A DNA stretch of 62,299 nucleotides, the filler included, from Sphacelaria rigidula (Eukaryota), in the NCBI GenBank assembly GCA_964200075.2. It is 11 parts of 11 records of this genome, joined end to end, with 100 filler letters (N's around TTAATTAATTAA, not from the genome) between each part and the next. Parts side by side here need not be neighbours in the genome. Positions count along the whole stretch, not along the records: positions 1 to 5,573 come from CAXNAA020026207.1; positions 5,674 to 11,246 come from CAXNAA020026208.1; positions 11,347 to 16,919 come from CAXNAA020026209.1; 8 more parts are not named here. One strand, given 5' to 3'. Under the pieces are notes generated by a model that was given only the letters and a program-made list of their open reading frames with translations, was not told where the DNA came from and ran no database searches. Below are positions 1-12,260 of the stretch, piece after piece; the stretch's first letter is position 1; every line of letters starts with the position of its first letter. A program made the position numbers and the translations under genes.

Positions 1-779
1 GGGGGGGGGGGGGGGGGGGGGGGGGGATGGGAGGCGGGGGGGGGGGGGGGGGGGGGGAAGAGGAAGGCGAGGTCAGGCGAGATGTAGAGTGCACGTGGTT
101 AAAAAAATGTATCTTCCCTTGCTGAATTTTACAGGCTTCAAAATGTACCGTAGTCACTAATCCTGTCTAGTGCCCAACACCGTCTGAAATTGGCGTGTGC
201 GAACACCAGCAAAACGGCTCGACTTGTCCAAAAGTTGAGTATTTTCTCAGACCAATGCAAATTGGGGAAGAAATGCCCGCGACTTGAGATGTTTTCAACA
301 AACTAGCATGAAGGGCCATACTCCAGCTTTGGTGGAGCTTCAACAGAAATATGCAACGAAAGTAGATAAAATCCAAAGCTGTCACACATTGGGGAGACGG
401 GGTGGACGACTCGAAATCATCACTACGGTGCGCTTAGGAGGTCATCCCCCCAGTGTTCGACGAACTGCGCATTTCTCTGTCGAGTTTTTTTCTTCTCCTT
501 TCTCGACAATCCTCTACTTCACCAACCGCCACAATCTAAATCTGAAAAATGGTCCAGAGAAAAAAATAGGACATCTTGGAATGTCCAGCCGAAACGACGG
601 AGCTGGGCACAATGGAGCCAGCTTGCAATGCCGCACGAGCTAGACGTCATTATCTAGTGGGCGGTACACGTCCAACCCATGAGAAACTAGAAGAAGCATA
701 GCACAACCAACAACACCACAAACAGTCGCACCTACCGAACAGCGTTTGTCCAAAACGCTGAGCGCAATGTTGACAGAGA

Positions 780-1782
780 TTACCACGATAAAGCACCAAC
801 ACACCCCGTCGACTCTAGCCCATTCGTACCGAGTGGAGATATTACTCCGTCAGCCAGCGCAGCAGCTCGTCCTGCCGCCTCGATGCGATTGATCCCTCCG
901 ATGCCACCAACGCCGACCCCGACCCCGACCCCGACCCCTGCTCCCAAACTTGCACCCTGGTGAGCTCCTCCGCCCCCCCTACTACCCACCAGCGGGGTGC
1001 TCACGACCACGCTTCCATTTTGATGTGCTACTGCTGCAGATGTGGCCGCAGCGGACCCTGCTCCCGCGCTAGGCACGCCTGCTGACGGAATAGTCGAGAT
1101 AATGTTTAGGGCAAAATCGGAAAGGATTCGGTGGATTGACGGTTTATCTTGGTTTCGTTTCTTGCATGTACATTTTTGGTCCTGACGTATATATGTGTGT
1201 ATGTCATTGATTGTTTATATTGAAATATTGGAATTCTCAGCCTCTACTCCAACCGACGGCATTTCGTGTGTGCTGAGTGCTGCAGTATCAAGTAGGCATT
1301 ATACACTGGGTCGCGCGCTTTCCACATGACTCGGACGTGACGACAGCTACCAACCAGCTGATTCCGGACGGCCCGCTCGCCATGGAATTATTTTGAAATG
1401 ATGGCGCCATGCGGATACCCTGGCATGTGATGACAACTGAAAAGGGTGACCAAAACACGATCATACCTGCTGTGCTTGGAACTCCTGCCGGAGGCGTTGG
1501 TGCTGTCGGTCTGGCGGCGGTGGCAATAGTGCTACTGGTAGTGGTAACTGTGCTACTGGAAGGTGGATTTCTTGGGGCGATGGGCGGTGGAGTTGCTGTG
1601 ACTGCGATTGCTGTTGCTGCAGTTGCTGCAATAGCTGTTGGTGCTGCCGTGATTGCTGGTGCCGTGTTTAGTGCGACCGCAGAGCTGGTGGGCTGTATCA
1701 TCCCACCCGATATTGCTGCGATATCATGCTTATTGTCAACACTGGTCGATTGCGGGTTCGACAATTGGGGTTGTATTCGCGC

Positions 1783-1822
<40 letters not shown>

Positions 1823-1846
1823 GTCAGTGGTTGTTGTTGTTGTTGT

Positions 1847-1912
<66 letters not shown>

Positions 1913-3637
1913 GGTTGCTGCTGTTGTTGCTGCTGCTGTTGTTGCGGTTGCTGTTGTTGTTGTTGTTGCTGCTGCTGTTGCGGTTGCTGTTGTTGTTGTT
2001 GTTGTTGTTGCTGTGGTGGTGGTGGTGGTGGTGGTGGCGGTGGCGGTGGCGGCGGCGGCGGCTGTTGCTGCTGCTGAAATTGTTGTACTGGTGGCGGTGC
2101 CTTCTGTGGCTCCTGCTTAGCTCCCCCAGCTGACACATCGATACCCCCCGCGGCAGCAGCTGCAGTAGTGGGCGCTGTGAGCTCTTGTTTGATAGCCTGA
2201 GCATGTGATGCGCCAATGACGTCACATTGCTTAGTGCACCCGTGGTGTGGAGATGAATTGCAAGGCAGTTTCGGTCATTTTCCATTAAAGATACAGCTTC
2301 ATGACGGCAAATAACACCCAACTCGACAGCACGAAGCTGTTCTTTTAGAGGTACACGGAGACAATATCACGTCAACTTACTGAAAACGGATCCGGAGCAG
2401 GTATCAGTGCATGTGTTACCACGAAACTCAGTATGGGAGGGATTCAAATCAAACAAACGCGAGAAAAAACAGCAGATCACGAAAAACATGTACTCTACTC
2501 AAATATGTAGATGATCCCCCTACCCTAGACAAAACACGGCGCAGCATCTAGACATGATTCGTTTTTTTCAACAGGACACATACAGGACTCATGGCCATAA
2601 GCACCCACCTGTTGCTGTTGCTTGGTACCATCACTAACGGTACTAGCCATGGCAACCGCCCCCTGCCCCTCTGCCCTCACAGCTGCCAGCGGTGTAGTCA
2701 ACATCCCTGCTTTCGCCCCCGAAGCCGTTTCGACAACAGCAGCCGTCGCTGCATTCCGAGCAGGGCCTGTCGAGGCACTGCTGTCGCCACATCCCAACAC
2801 GGCGGGGGTCGTGGGAGGCTGCGAGGGGACAGATATCGCAGTCATTGCGGCTGACACAGCGACTGGTGTTGTCGGCGTTGGCATCGTTGTTGATACAGGG
2901 GGTGTTAATGGTATACTCGGCGGGTTGTTGGTGGCATCTGCGGTCGCCGCGAGCGCGGTAACATTACTCGAGGCGCCGCCAGCTGCTCCGCTAGTGCCGA
3001 CTTCTGTAGCAACCACCATACTCGTGAGGGTTCCTGGAAGGGGAGAGCAGCAGACTGCAGTCCTTGCCTCCCCTTCCAAGTAGATTAGAGCGTAGATGTA
3101 GTGTCCGTTGCTGACTTGCCAACTTGCCCCCCGTCACCGATATCTGAGTTGGTGTATCAGCCGCAGTCCCGTGTGTAACCACTGCTAACCCCCCTGCTCC
3201 GCTGTACCTCCGGACCTAGCCGTCGGACAGACGGCTTGGCTTTTTTTTCTTCTTTCAGGCTATGTGAGAAGGTCGGAGTTTCTGGTAATATTCCTGTTCT
3301 TCACCGTGGTGCTGTTGTTTTCTTGCTGCTGGTGGTATTTGAGGTGTTGGCGCGAGTGTAGCGTATGAAACGAGCCAGCAACGCAAATTGTTTCGGTTAG
3401 CAAAACAGCTGACAAGAGGATTGGCTGCCATTACGGTTAGGGGAACGACGGCGTGTCAAACGGTACTCTGCGCAATCGGAACGCTGGAGAAAAAGCACGC
3501 GGTATCATGTTTCGTCCCGAAAAATGGGTATGTGGGGATATCAAGTCTGCGATTGTCTCCACCACCGGCGACAATTCTAGTGTCGGAGTCGTAGAGAGAC
3601 CCATCAGGATCAGTTCTGCAGCCTCATCGCGCATGGG
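780..3637 (-). CDS. Partial multi-exon gene for a low-complexity Ala/Thr/Pro/Gly-rich protein with polyQ and polyP tracts; may contain frameshifts
   Basis: Co-directional ORFs 2525-3079, 1288-2136 and 780-1076 share composition. Donors are seen at CAG|GTGGGT (2609/2608) and CAG|GTATGA (1467/1466). No domain recognised. Confidence 0.55.
1783..2075 (-). repeat. Mixed CAG/CAA and CCA/CCG trinucleotide tract encoding polyQ and polyP
   Basis: (CTG)n, (TTG)n and (GGT/GGC)n runs on the + strand; the minus frame reads Q and P runs. Confidence 0.9.
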
Positions 3638-4904
3638 TTTTCCCGACCGGTCTCGTATATACACAGTACTGTACTGCACGTCTACCGTACTTACATACTC
3701 TCGTGGGTAACTGCGGCTACTGTACTATAATTTGGAATGGACTCAACTCTGCGACATCCACATCTACAGTGAGTCACATGTTGTATAACTTGATCAGCGA
3801 GTTGCCAATCCCGAAACATGCATGATACCTGGGAAAGTGTCGAGGGGAACTGCCAGAGTGAGGGAAGATGGTCTTGTCAAAATCAGGTTGGCGATACATC
3901 AAGCTTGCCTTGGGCCAAAACACAACCTGCAACACCTCATGAAAAAATCAGATTTGAAGTCCCGTTTGTCGGACAGATGTGCAAGCTATCGTAATAGTTG
4001 AACAAATTTACGGAGACATGATGAGAGGAACGCATAGCTCGACCAATCTAGAGTAACCACAGCTGGCATGGTGGCACCATTCTCCCAACGCCCACGACTT
4101 GTAGCACCGCCGGTACTCATGTACGCTAAAACCCGCCACATCAACACCACGACAGCGGGGCGGTCAGGCACCCCTGTACAGTATTGGAATTTTGAAACAC
4201 CGCCAGCAGACACAACGAATTCGAACATTACCTGGCATAAAGCCTTGGACCATATAAAGGAAAAGCTCCCCAGTCTCCGTCCGACGCAAATTGTCACCTT
4301 GCATATGTTTCTCCCTCGCTTGACGTCTGGCCTGAGCGTCCCTCAAAGTCAAACCAAAAACAAAAAATACGGAGAATTTTCTTGATCATTTTTCATTTCC
4401 TGATTTAGTAAGTCATTTGTTAACATTGTCCCCGATATAAATGCCATCATCTCATACAGGGTTGGGGCCTGAAGGTGTTGGCAAATGTCAAGGATTTTCT
4501 ATTCCGAGTTGGCAGTTTGTAACTGTCATCTTCTGAACAATGATACTTGTAGTACATGCACATCTAGCATGATCATGTTCTCGGGGGGGAGCAGGGCGAC
4601 GCGCTGCGTACACAGTGTACAAGAGACTGCAGGAAGTTGTAGTCTGATATATCTATAAATGCGCCTCATGGTAGTACAACAGCCTCAGTTGAGTAATTGT
4701 GTATCCAGCAGATGGAATCAAGAGGAGGCGGAACACCTACGACGGTCTTCTACCGCTACTGCATTGCTGGCGCAATAGTCGTGGCGATAAGTTACGCGGC
4801 GATCGGCATTGCTCTTGTGTGGCGCATGTGGTCAAGGTGCGTATTTTATGGGCGGCCGTGGAATATGCTTGAACTATGTCTACCACTCGATGCGTTTCGG
4901 AGTT

Positions 4905-5086
4905 CTCTCTGTGATCATAACGTTTTATCCGCGCGATGAGAGTGTATCTTCGGGCGTGTCTTCACCTGTTGACCTCGATACTACCCAGCACACCGCTCTC
5001 TGTGAGCATAACGTTTTATCCGCGCGATGAGAGTGTATCTTCGGGCGTGTCTTCACCTGTTGACCTCGATACTACCCAGCACACCG
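4905..5086. repeat. Near-perfect tandem duplication of a 91-bp unit
   Basis: CTCTCTGTGA(T/G)CATAACGTTTTATCC...CAGCACACCG begins at 4905 and again at 4996. Confidence 0.9.
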
Positions 5087-5673
5087 CAGGGCATGTGGGG
5101 AAGCGATCCTTCGCTTCGACGAGGGGAAACGGTACACAATTCCGTACATTAGTGCAGTAGCAGCCCCTTGCTTTGCCGTCTTCGTGGATAGTCAAGCTTC
5201 AAAATATAGCTCAAATCTCGAGCTGCAGGATATTTTTCTCCATACCCCTGGCGAGATCGACGGGCATTCGCTCCGACTACAGTATACAGTGTACATTAGC
5301 GTCTGTGTGGCCCGTTATTCAACGATGCATCGCGGAAGCGGAGCGCTCGAGACAAGCGGAGACAGCCTGGAGATCATTTGCAAAGACTTTGGAATTGGAT
5401 ATCAGGGTCTACGGCGACTAGACCAATCACCCACCCTCGGCTTGAAGGTTCGATCCGTTTTGGAGCTAATTCAATGCGTCAAGCTCTGGGCACCCTCAAT
5501 GTGCACCCTCTGTTCCAATCAAACAGCCAATCATCTATGTTGAGGATGGTGCTTTTGATTGAGGATGAGAACCNNNNNNNNNNNNNNNNNNNNNNNNNNN
5601 NNNNNNNNNNNNNNNNNTTAATTAATTAANNNNNNNNNNNNNNNNNNNNNNNNNNNNNNNNNNNNNNNNNNNN

Positions 5674-8632
5674 GTTAGCCGAGGTAGCGGTACAGTTCAG
5701 GGCATGACACGCCCAGTTCGCCTGTTCAGTCCACAGGCTATCACCATTTGGGATGCGCTCGTCGGGGTACAGCTCAGATGCTTGGATTCTGGCCGCAAGG
5801 CCTGCTGTTTCGATGATAATTAACGCTCGCTCTGCAAGACCGTTGAACTAGGGTGAATCGGCAGTTGTCTTTTCCTGCTTGATCTTTTCCCTGTCGCACA
5901 GTTCACCAAATGCACCCTCCGAAAATTCACCCCCGTCATCGCTATGGACTATCTCAATTTTTGTCGGAAAGACCCGTGCAATGTGTTTCGCGAAGTATCT
6001 CTCTGCCTCATCCTTCTTACGGAGGAAATACAGCTTTGTGTGCCATGAGTGATCATCTCGGACAATCATCGTGTACGACGTTCCCCCGTTAGACTTTACT
6101 GGTCTCGGCCCAGAAAGATCTACGAACACCCTAGATGCTGACTTAGCTGCTCTTGTGTGCGTCGATCTTGGAATCGGTGCCCGCAGTCCCTTCGCCTCTG
6201 AGCAACCGCGGCAGGGCTGCAGCTTCCCAGCCAGCTGCTTTCCCTGGTGCTTCGCCGTCTTCCTCAGTAAATCCTCGTGGACGTGAGCGTGGGAACAGTG
6301 GAACTTGTTGATGTCAGCGGTCTGGGGGCTAGGCGGAGCCCCCGGGGTAATAACAGCATATACCGAAGCACACTTGTCACTACCACTTTGATTTAGGCGG
6401 CGGGCGTACATTCTGAGTTGACGTGGTTGTCCGGGTATTATCAGTGCATTTCCTGAATTGAGATCTACCCTGGAACCTGTACGAAAACCAGTGTAGGTGT
6501 GTCCCATATGTTGGACCCTCGTGAGTGACAAGAGATGATGACGGACACCGGGTACATGGTCAACATCCACTAGTTTTAGGATTACATCCTGTCCGTCAGA
6601 TCTGAAGGCAAGAGACAAATTTCCTTTGCCTACGATCGGGTAAGTACTACCTCCCGCGCACCGTAGTACCCTACCCTTGCACTCTCTGTGCTCCGTCATC
6701 CCATGGGAATCGTGAAAGAAATGCTGGGTAGCCCCCGTGTCAAATATGCACGGTTCGCTCTCACCCTGCTGACTATCACCCCCCCGCTCAACACTCAATG
6801 TATACTCGCCTGGGTCGCCGTTGATGGTGGTGCCAAGAGAGGTGAAAGTGTCCCCATCCGCCACCGAGCAGACGGAGGAGCTGTCTCTGTCACCGGCCGC
6901 GCCCGTAGCCATCACCGCGTCTTCTTTCTTCTCTGTCGATCTCGGGCAGTCCCAGCACGTGTGCCCCTGCTGACCGCACCTCCCGCAGTATCTCTTCGGG
7001 CAGTTCCTGGCTTGATGCATCGTGTTCTCGTTGCAAATGTGACGGTGGAGCAGCTGCCCAGTCGCCGGTTTGCCGTCTGACGATGCCGACCCAGAGCTAC
7101 TTGAACTCTGGCACCCGCCGATTTTCTGATCAGAGCCCTGGGGTTTTCCCGGTTATCCCTTGCGGTGCGCACCGCTCCGTTTCTCGGTCTCACCCCTGGC
7201 AACAAGGGCCTGGTCGCCCGGGGACGACGTTTATCCCGGGGCAAGTTCCTGTTTCAAAGATGCTGATTCGAAACACTTTCGACTCGAAGTCAACACAACC
7301 TCCCGTGTCAGCGGTCCCTCTCGATCCTCGAGCAATTGCTTCTGAATGTGATACTCGAAAGGCAACGCGTTGAGGAATTTCAGGAGAATATGGTTTTCGC
7401 TTCGTCATTCATGCTCCTCGTATGAGTTCAGCTAACGTGCAAGATCCTCCATCTCGAGCAGCTTCTGCTCTGGCTCATCACGAGTACCGATCTTGATTCC
7501 ATCAAACGTTTCCAACAAAGCGATTCTCGCCTCATTTGTTTTGGGGCGAAAGACATCCTCGAGTTTTCTCCAAACCGCCGCAGGTGAGTGGGTTCTAAGC
7601 AAAATATCTTGCTCCCTCCTTCCTTCTAAACTAGCTACAAGCATTCGTCTGGCCCTTACGTTGGCTGCCACTGTGTCCTTCCCATGTCTGCTCTCCAGAT
7701 ACCCCATCGCTATCTCAGGATTACCGACATCTACATCGTAAGAACTATTTCCGGCCATGGTGAATACCTAATCGATTCCTTCGCCCCTTGCGAAGTTGAC
7801 CAGCTCATGCCTGTACCGAGCATAATCAGCAATTTTCCCTAATAATTTTGGAACGTTCTGTCGCAAAACGGGAACCCCAGACACATTTCCACTCGTATCG
7901 TTAAGTTGGATTGACTCACGTGCGGGGACAAAGCCTCTAGCTTCGTCACTGGTGGCCTCGTTGTCCATCGCGTCGCGCGCTCCGTCCTCTGGAACAGCTT
8001 GGCTGCCGATGTACCGTCGCTCTCGTCGAACTCCAGCACCACGCCGTTTCGCTGTCCTATTTATGCTGAATACCCCCCGTTCACTATGGGAACCTTCACT
8101 ATCGAGGACGCCGTTTTTTTCTGCGCCCCTGGCCTCTCTTACTGCCCTCATATTGTCCATGTTACTCTGTAATGTAGCTTGGCTTAGCTGCATATCACGG
8201 ATGAGCTGAGCCAAGGAACTCCTCTAACTACGTACCTCTCGCAACTCCTCTGTAACACCCTGCTCACCGATAACTGTAGCAGGCCTATCACCCTCTTGTG
8301 CCATTCTGCCCAACCCGTTGTAACACTAGTGTATTCCGTGGCCCGTGGCGAAGGATAGATAGTTTTATCTTTTGTATTATTGGAGAGTGCCTAGACTGAG
8401 TCGACCCTATGACTGAGGGATCAGATGTTGAGAGTGAGGGCTCATGGGAGCTTGGTAGCTTCCATGAGCTGGGCACTGTAGACACACACACTCGACTACC
8501 AGTACCCGCACGTCCGCATCGATCTATCCGCACGCTTGCATGTTCACTCAGTGTACCTGTTCACATGAACAACCCTCTCTCCTGCCATTATATCGCTCGC
8601 TCAATATATATTGACCACCCGACGCGTCGACA
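5674..8632 (-). mobile_element. Degenerate Ty1/Copia LTR retrotransposon: 5' LTR, gag, Zn knuckle, protease, GAG-pre-integrase and integrase core; truncated by the contig edge
   Basis: Motifs CGRCGQQGHTCWDC (CCHC), CIFDTGATQH (protease), HCSHAH...CRGC, VFVDLSGP...VHSDDGGEF (integrase). PR-IN order is Copia-type. Stops and frameshifts split the ORFs. Confidence 0.93.
8275..8632 (-). repeat. Probable 5' LTR of the Copia element
   Basis: The minus strand runs TGTCG...CTACA and is followed by GTTATCGG (PBS-like), just upstream of gag. No second LTR is available to confirm it. Confidence 0.55.
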
Positions 8633-9273
8633 TATTGTGCGGGCAGTATATATTACATATTGTTTTGTCCAGGGTGTGGGTTCTACTAACCGATACGATG
8701 ATACCTGGAATATTGAGACCTTTGTCTCCACAACAATTTTTCGGATGTAGTTGCATTCTTTCACCTGCTGCTAGCTATGACGACTGCTATACGCCATACA
8801 AGTGTGGATTCCAATACACGGCAATTTTGGCCCGAGGCGAAAAAATGATTCTGCGGAAACTAGGTCATCAAAACGGATCGCCTAATTTCCCCAAAAGTAG
8901 TGTTTAATCTACGGCCCCCAAATCCCGGTTATCGTAGTTGCTAGCAGCTACCAGTATCGAAGGAACGCAACCATAATTCGAACATTTGGCGGGAAAACGA
9001 AGTTTTTTCCCGGGTTGTCATCCTCAATGGAAAGCTCCATCCTCGACTGTTTTGATCGGCATAAAGTTTCAGCTATAAGCGAAGCTACAGGAATGATGGG
9101 TCTGGGCACGCAGCATTTTGTTCGATGTGAGAGATACGACGCCCGACGAACGCATTATGGCATTTCCAATCTTGACCAGAGCGTACGGCGTATCCACAGC
9201 GGATCACGACAGCAGTACGGCAGCTCAGGCAATCCCAGCGGAGACAAAACCGTCTTGGTAAGGTCATGTTTAC

Positions 9274-10890
9274 CAGGGATGTGTACGGAGGACAATCCGC
9301 TCCGCGGTGTGTTTTTTTTTTCTCGAACCTCACGGAGCGGATATCCGTCTGCGTAGAAAATTACGGATTATGACGGAGCGCGTATCCGCCAATGAAAATG
9401 TGACGGGTTATTACCGAGCGGATATCCGCCAACGAAAGTGTCACGGTGCGGTGCGGAGTTTTCGAATATGGTACGGAGCCGAGCGCATATCCGTCAGCGG
9501 GAAAACTCACAGATTTTCACGGAGCGGATATTCGTCCGCTACAAGTGCACGGATTATTGCCGCGGGGATATCCGTGGCATGGATTTTTTCACGCAGCGGT
9601 TTGCCTCCCTTAGTTGAACAAACCGTACAAACCACGGCCATCCCCCGGGTGCACCGTTGCAGGAATCCGTGAGCACGATACGGTTATCCGCGAAAAATGT
9701 ATGAATATCCGAGGATATCCACGGACAAATACCAAAAAGTAAGAAAGGAGTTGTTTTGCTTTGACTTATTGCTGCTGGACAGGGGAAACGACTGATTGAT
9801 TAGGGCACATGTAAGGTCGAACCCCTGGAGAAATAAAAAATGAGAATATAATGAACAGTACATATTGGAATTTTGAATGCCACCCGATAGGACAGGGTGA
9901 CGGGGGGCGGGGTGGCAGACGCGCAACAGCAAAAGCGCTTGACCCAGGACTCAGGCTATCCACCACAAGATAAAGCATGGAATATATTCCTCAAGAATGA
10001 TGTCAATAGCAGCACAGTAGCTTTGAACTGAAAAGGGAGATTTTCGTAGTGCTTCGTTGTCGAGGATATTCGAAAGTGTTTTTGCGTGCCACCGGCCATT
10101 TGACTACATCCAAACTTCCTCCAGGTGGGTACACGTTTTGAGCCTCCAGAGGAATTGAACGCCTCCGGGCGGGTGCGCGGCCCTGCAGAGGAGACTTTTT
10201 GGTTCCCTCCAGAGGAGTTGAACGCCTCCGGAGGCTTATTCTTGCCTCCGGAGGGTCGCGCATTCCCCCAAATTCCTCCGGAGAGGTGCGCGGCCCTCCG
10301 GATCGGTAGAGGTTTGTCTCCTCTACAGGGATGAAAGGCCTCCGGAGGCTTGTTTTCCCCCTGAAGGGCCGCGCATCCTTCCGGAGGCATTGTGGGGTGT
10401 ATCCAAATGGTCGCGTGTGTATAGGCGAATTGTTTATGCAGAACGATATTTTTATACTTCAAATTCTAAGTTATGCGGCATTCAGAACAAATTCGTCCGT
10501 GAAAATCCGTGTCTTTTCAGCGGTTCGATCCGTAAGTTTTGCCACAGAGGACGCACCGTGATTACCTACGGAGTGGATGAAACCGCACCGTAGAAAACCG
10601 CGTTTCACGGTTCCAACCGCGTAGCTGTCACCTATACGGAGCGGATATCCGTACATAGGAAAATTCATGGATTACTGCGGAGCGGATATCCGCCAACGAA
10701 AATGTCACGGTGCGGAACGCATTTTTCGACTATGGTACGGAGCGGAGCGGATATCCGCCAGTGGGAGGAATCACGGATTGTCAGGGAGCGGATATTCGTC
10801 CCCTACAAATGCCACGGAGCGGTGCGGATTGACAAATCGCACCGTAATAATCCGCTCCGCGGATTTATTCTTGATCCGTGCACATCCCTG
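9274..10890. mobile_element. Non-autonomous hAT-type DNA transposon (1617 bp)
   Basis: 16-bp TIR CAGGGATGTG(T/C)ACGGA; 8-bp TSD ATGTTTAC on both sides; many subterminal CGGAGCGGATATCCG motifs. Confidence 0.9.
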
Positions 10891-11661
10891 ATGTTTACCT
10901 CTTCATGGCGAGACTCCTTCATTTTTTCGAGTGCATAATATTTTCCATTGGTTGTTGTTTCTTCAATGCCTGCTGCTGCTGGTATATGTTTCACTTTTTC
11001 ACCTGTATGAAATATTGATAAGCGTACTTGCGTGAACTATGCATACCCAAACGAAGCATTCCAATCGTACAGCATCATCTTGCCCGTCCGAATCAAACAA
11101 CCATTTTCGCCAGCTGGAGAACCTAGACTTTGATTGGCAGCGAGTTTGATGATTGACTAAAACTTGACCAATTTTGTATTCTTTGTAGATTTCCTCCTCT
11201 AACAGGGTTGCCAGAAAAATGAGAACGTGTTTTGAAATGAGAATCANNNNNNNNNNNNNNNNNNNNNNNNNNNNNNNNNNNNNNNNNNNNTTAATTAATT
11301 AANNNNNNNNNNNNNNNNNNNNNNNNNNNNNNNNNNNNNNNNNNNNGTTTTTTGTACTTCTTGTTTTTTTCACCGGTTTTCGGGGGTCCGACAGGATCGA
11401 AGTCGTTTTTCGAAGTAGTCTCCATTCTGGGACCCCAGAAAAACGGCACTACGATATTGTTTTCATTTTTTTCGCAAAATATATGCCTCCGCATAACCCA
11501 AGGATGGGCTCCACAAGTTTTCGTCGCAAAACTCGATCAACTGATGCTTGAATTTCCATGTTCACGTTAAAGAAAGCCCAAAAACGTCGTTTTGGTAGTA
11601 AAATCAAGAAGTTTGCGGTTTCACCGCGGTACAGCAAACTTCATCGTACAAAGGCCAAAAC

Positions 11662-11936
11662 CTTCACGCCGTTTCAAGGAGTTAGACCCTGAACGTTGCA
11701 CAACTGTGCTTTGGGACAATACGCAACTTTGCAGGAACGGGGTTTTACGATTTTTTCCTTTGTTACCGTTTTACGGGGGTCCGATTGGGTCGAGGTTTCC
11801 CCACAAAAACTGGGACCCCCGAAAAACGGTGAAAAAAGTCAAGAAGTCGAAAAACCTCGTTCCCGCAAAGTTGCGTAATGACCCATAGAACATTCGTGCA
11901 AAATTTCAGGGTCTAACTCCTTGAAACGGCGTGAAG
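11662..11936. mobile_element. Foldback/MITE-like palindromic element; related sequence at 11347-11480
   Basis: CTTCACGCCGTTTCAAGGAGTTAGACCCTGAA matches its exact reverse complement ending at 11936, and degenerate pairing continues inward. Confidence 0.75.
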
Positions 11937-11964
11937 TTTTGCCGATGAGTGTTTTTTGGGTGGT

Positions 11965-12260
11965 ATGCGTGAACCAGCCTGTATCAACTATGGCTGGCAA
12001 TCTCTTTATCTGTATGTTTGTCACGCTATATTCCCATTAAATTTTGTCATGTCTCCATGTGTTTCAAGTGGGTAGATTCCCAATTCTGCTCTCAATGCGG
12101 CATTACTCGTCGTTCTTGAGCATCCAAGCATGTTCTCAGCTGCTGTCATCTGTACTGTCTCCAACTTCTTCACATACTTCGCCCCCCCCTCCCTGGAAAT
12201 CTTCTCCTGCATATCCCAGCGATGGTACAGCCACTTTCATCAGGATACATATCTCAATCC
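11965..12260 (-). mobile_element. LINE ORF2 3' fragment (post-RT region)
   Basis: ICILMKVAVPSLGYAGE followed by KKLETVQMTAAENMLGCSRTTSNAALRAELGIYPL, typical of the non-LTR RT C-terminal region; frameshifted. Confidence 0.7.

Noticed and set aside
1..57. Poly-G tracts (also 45415-45456, 56553-56627) as G-quadruplex elements
   Set aside because: They lie at contig ends where base calls are unreliable; one is part of the MITE TIR.
1409..2321. PolyC, polyL, polyV and polyN ORFs
   Set aside because: These are shadow frames of the polyQ trinucleotide tract.
5618..5629. Periodic TTAATTAATTAA as a biological repeat
   Set aside because: It is always embedded in 44+44 N, so it is an artificial linker.
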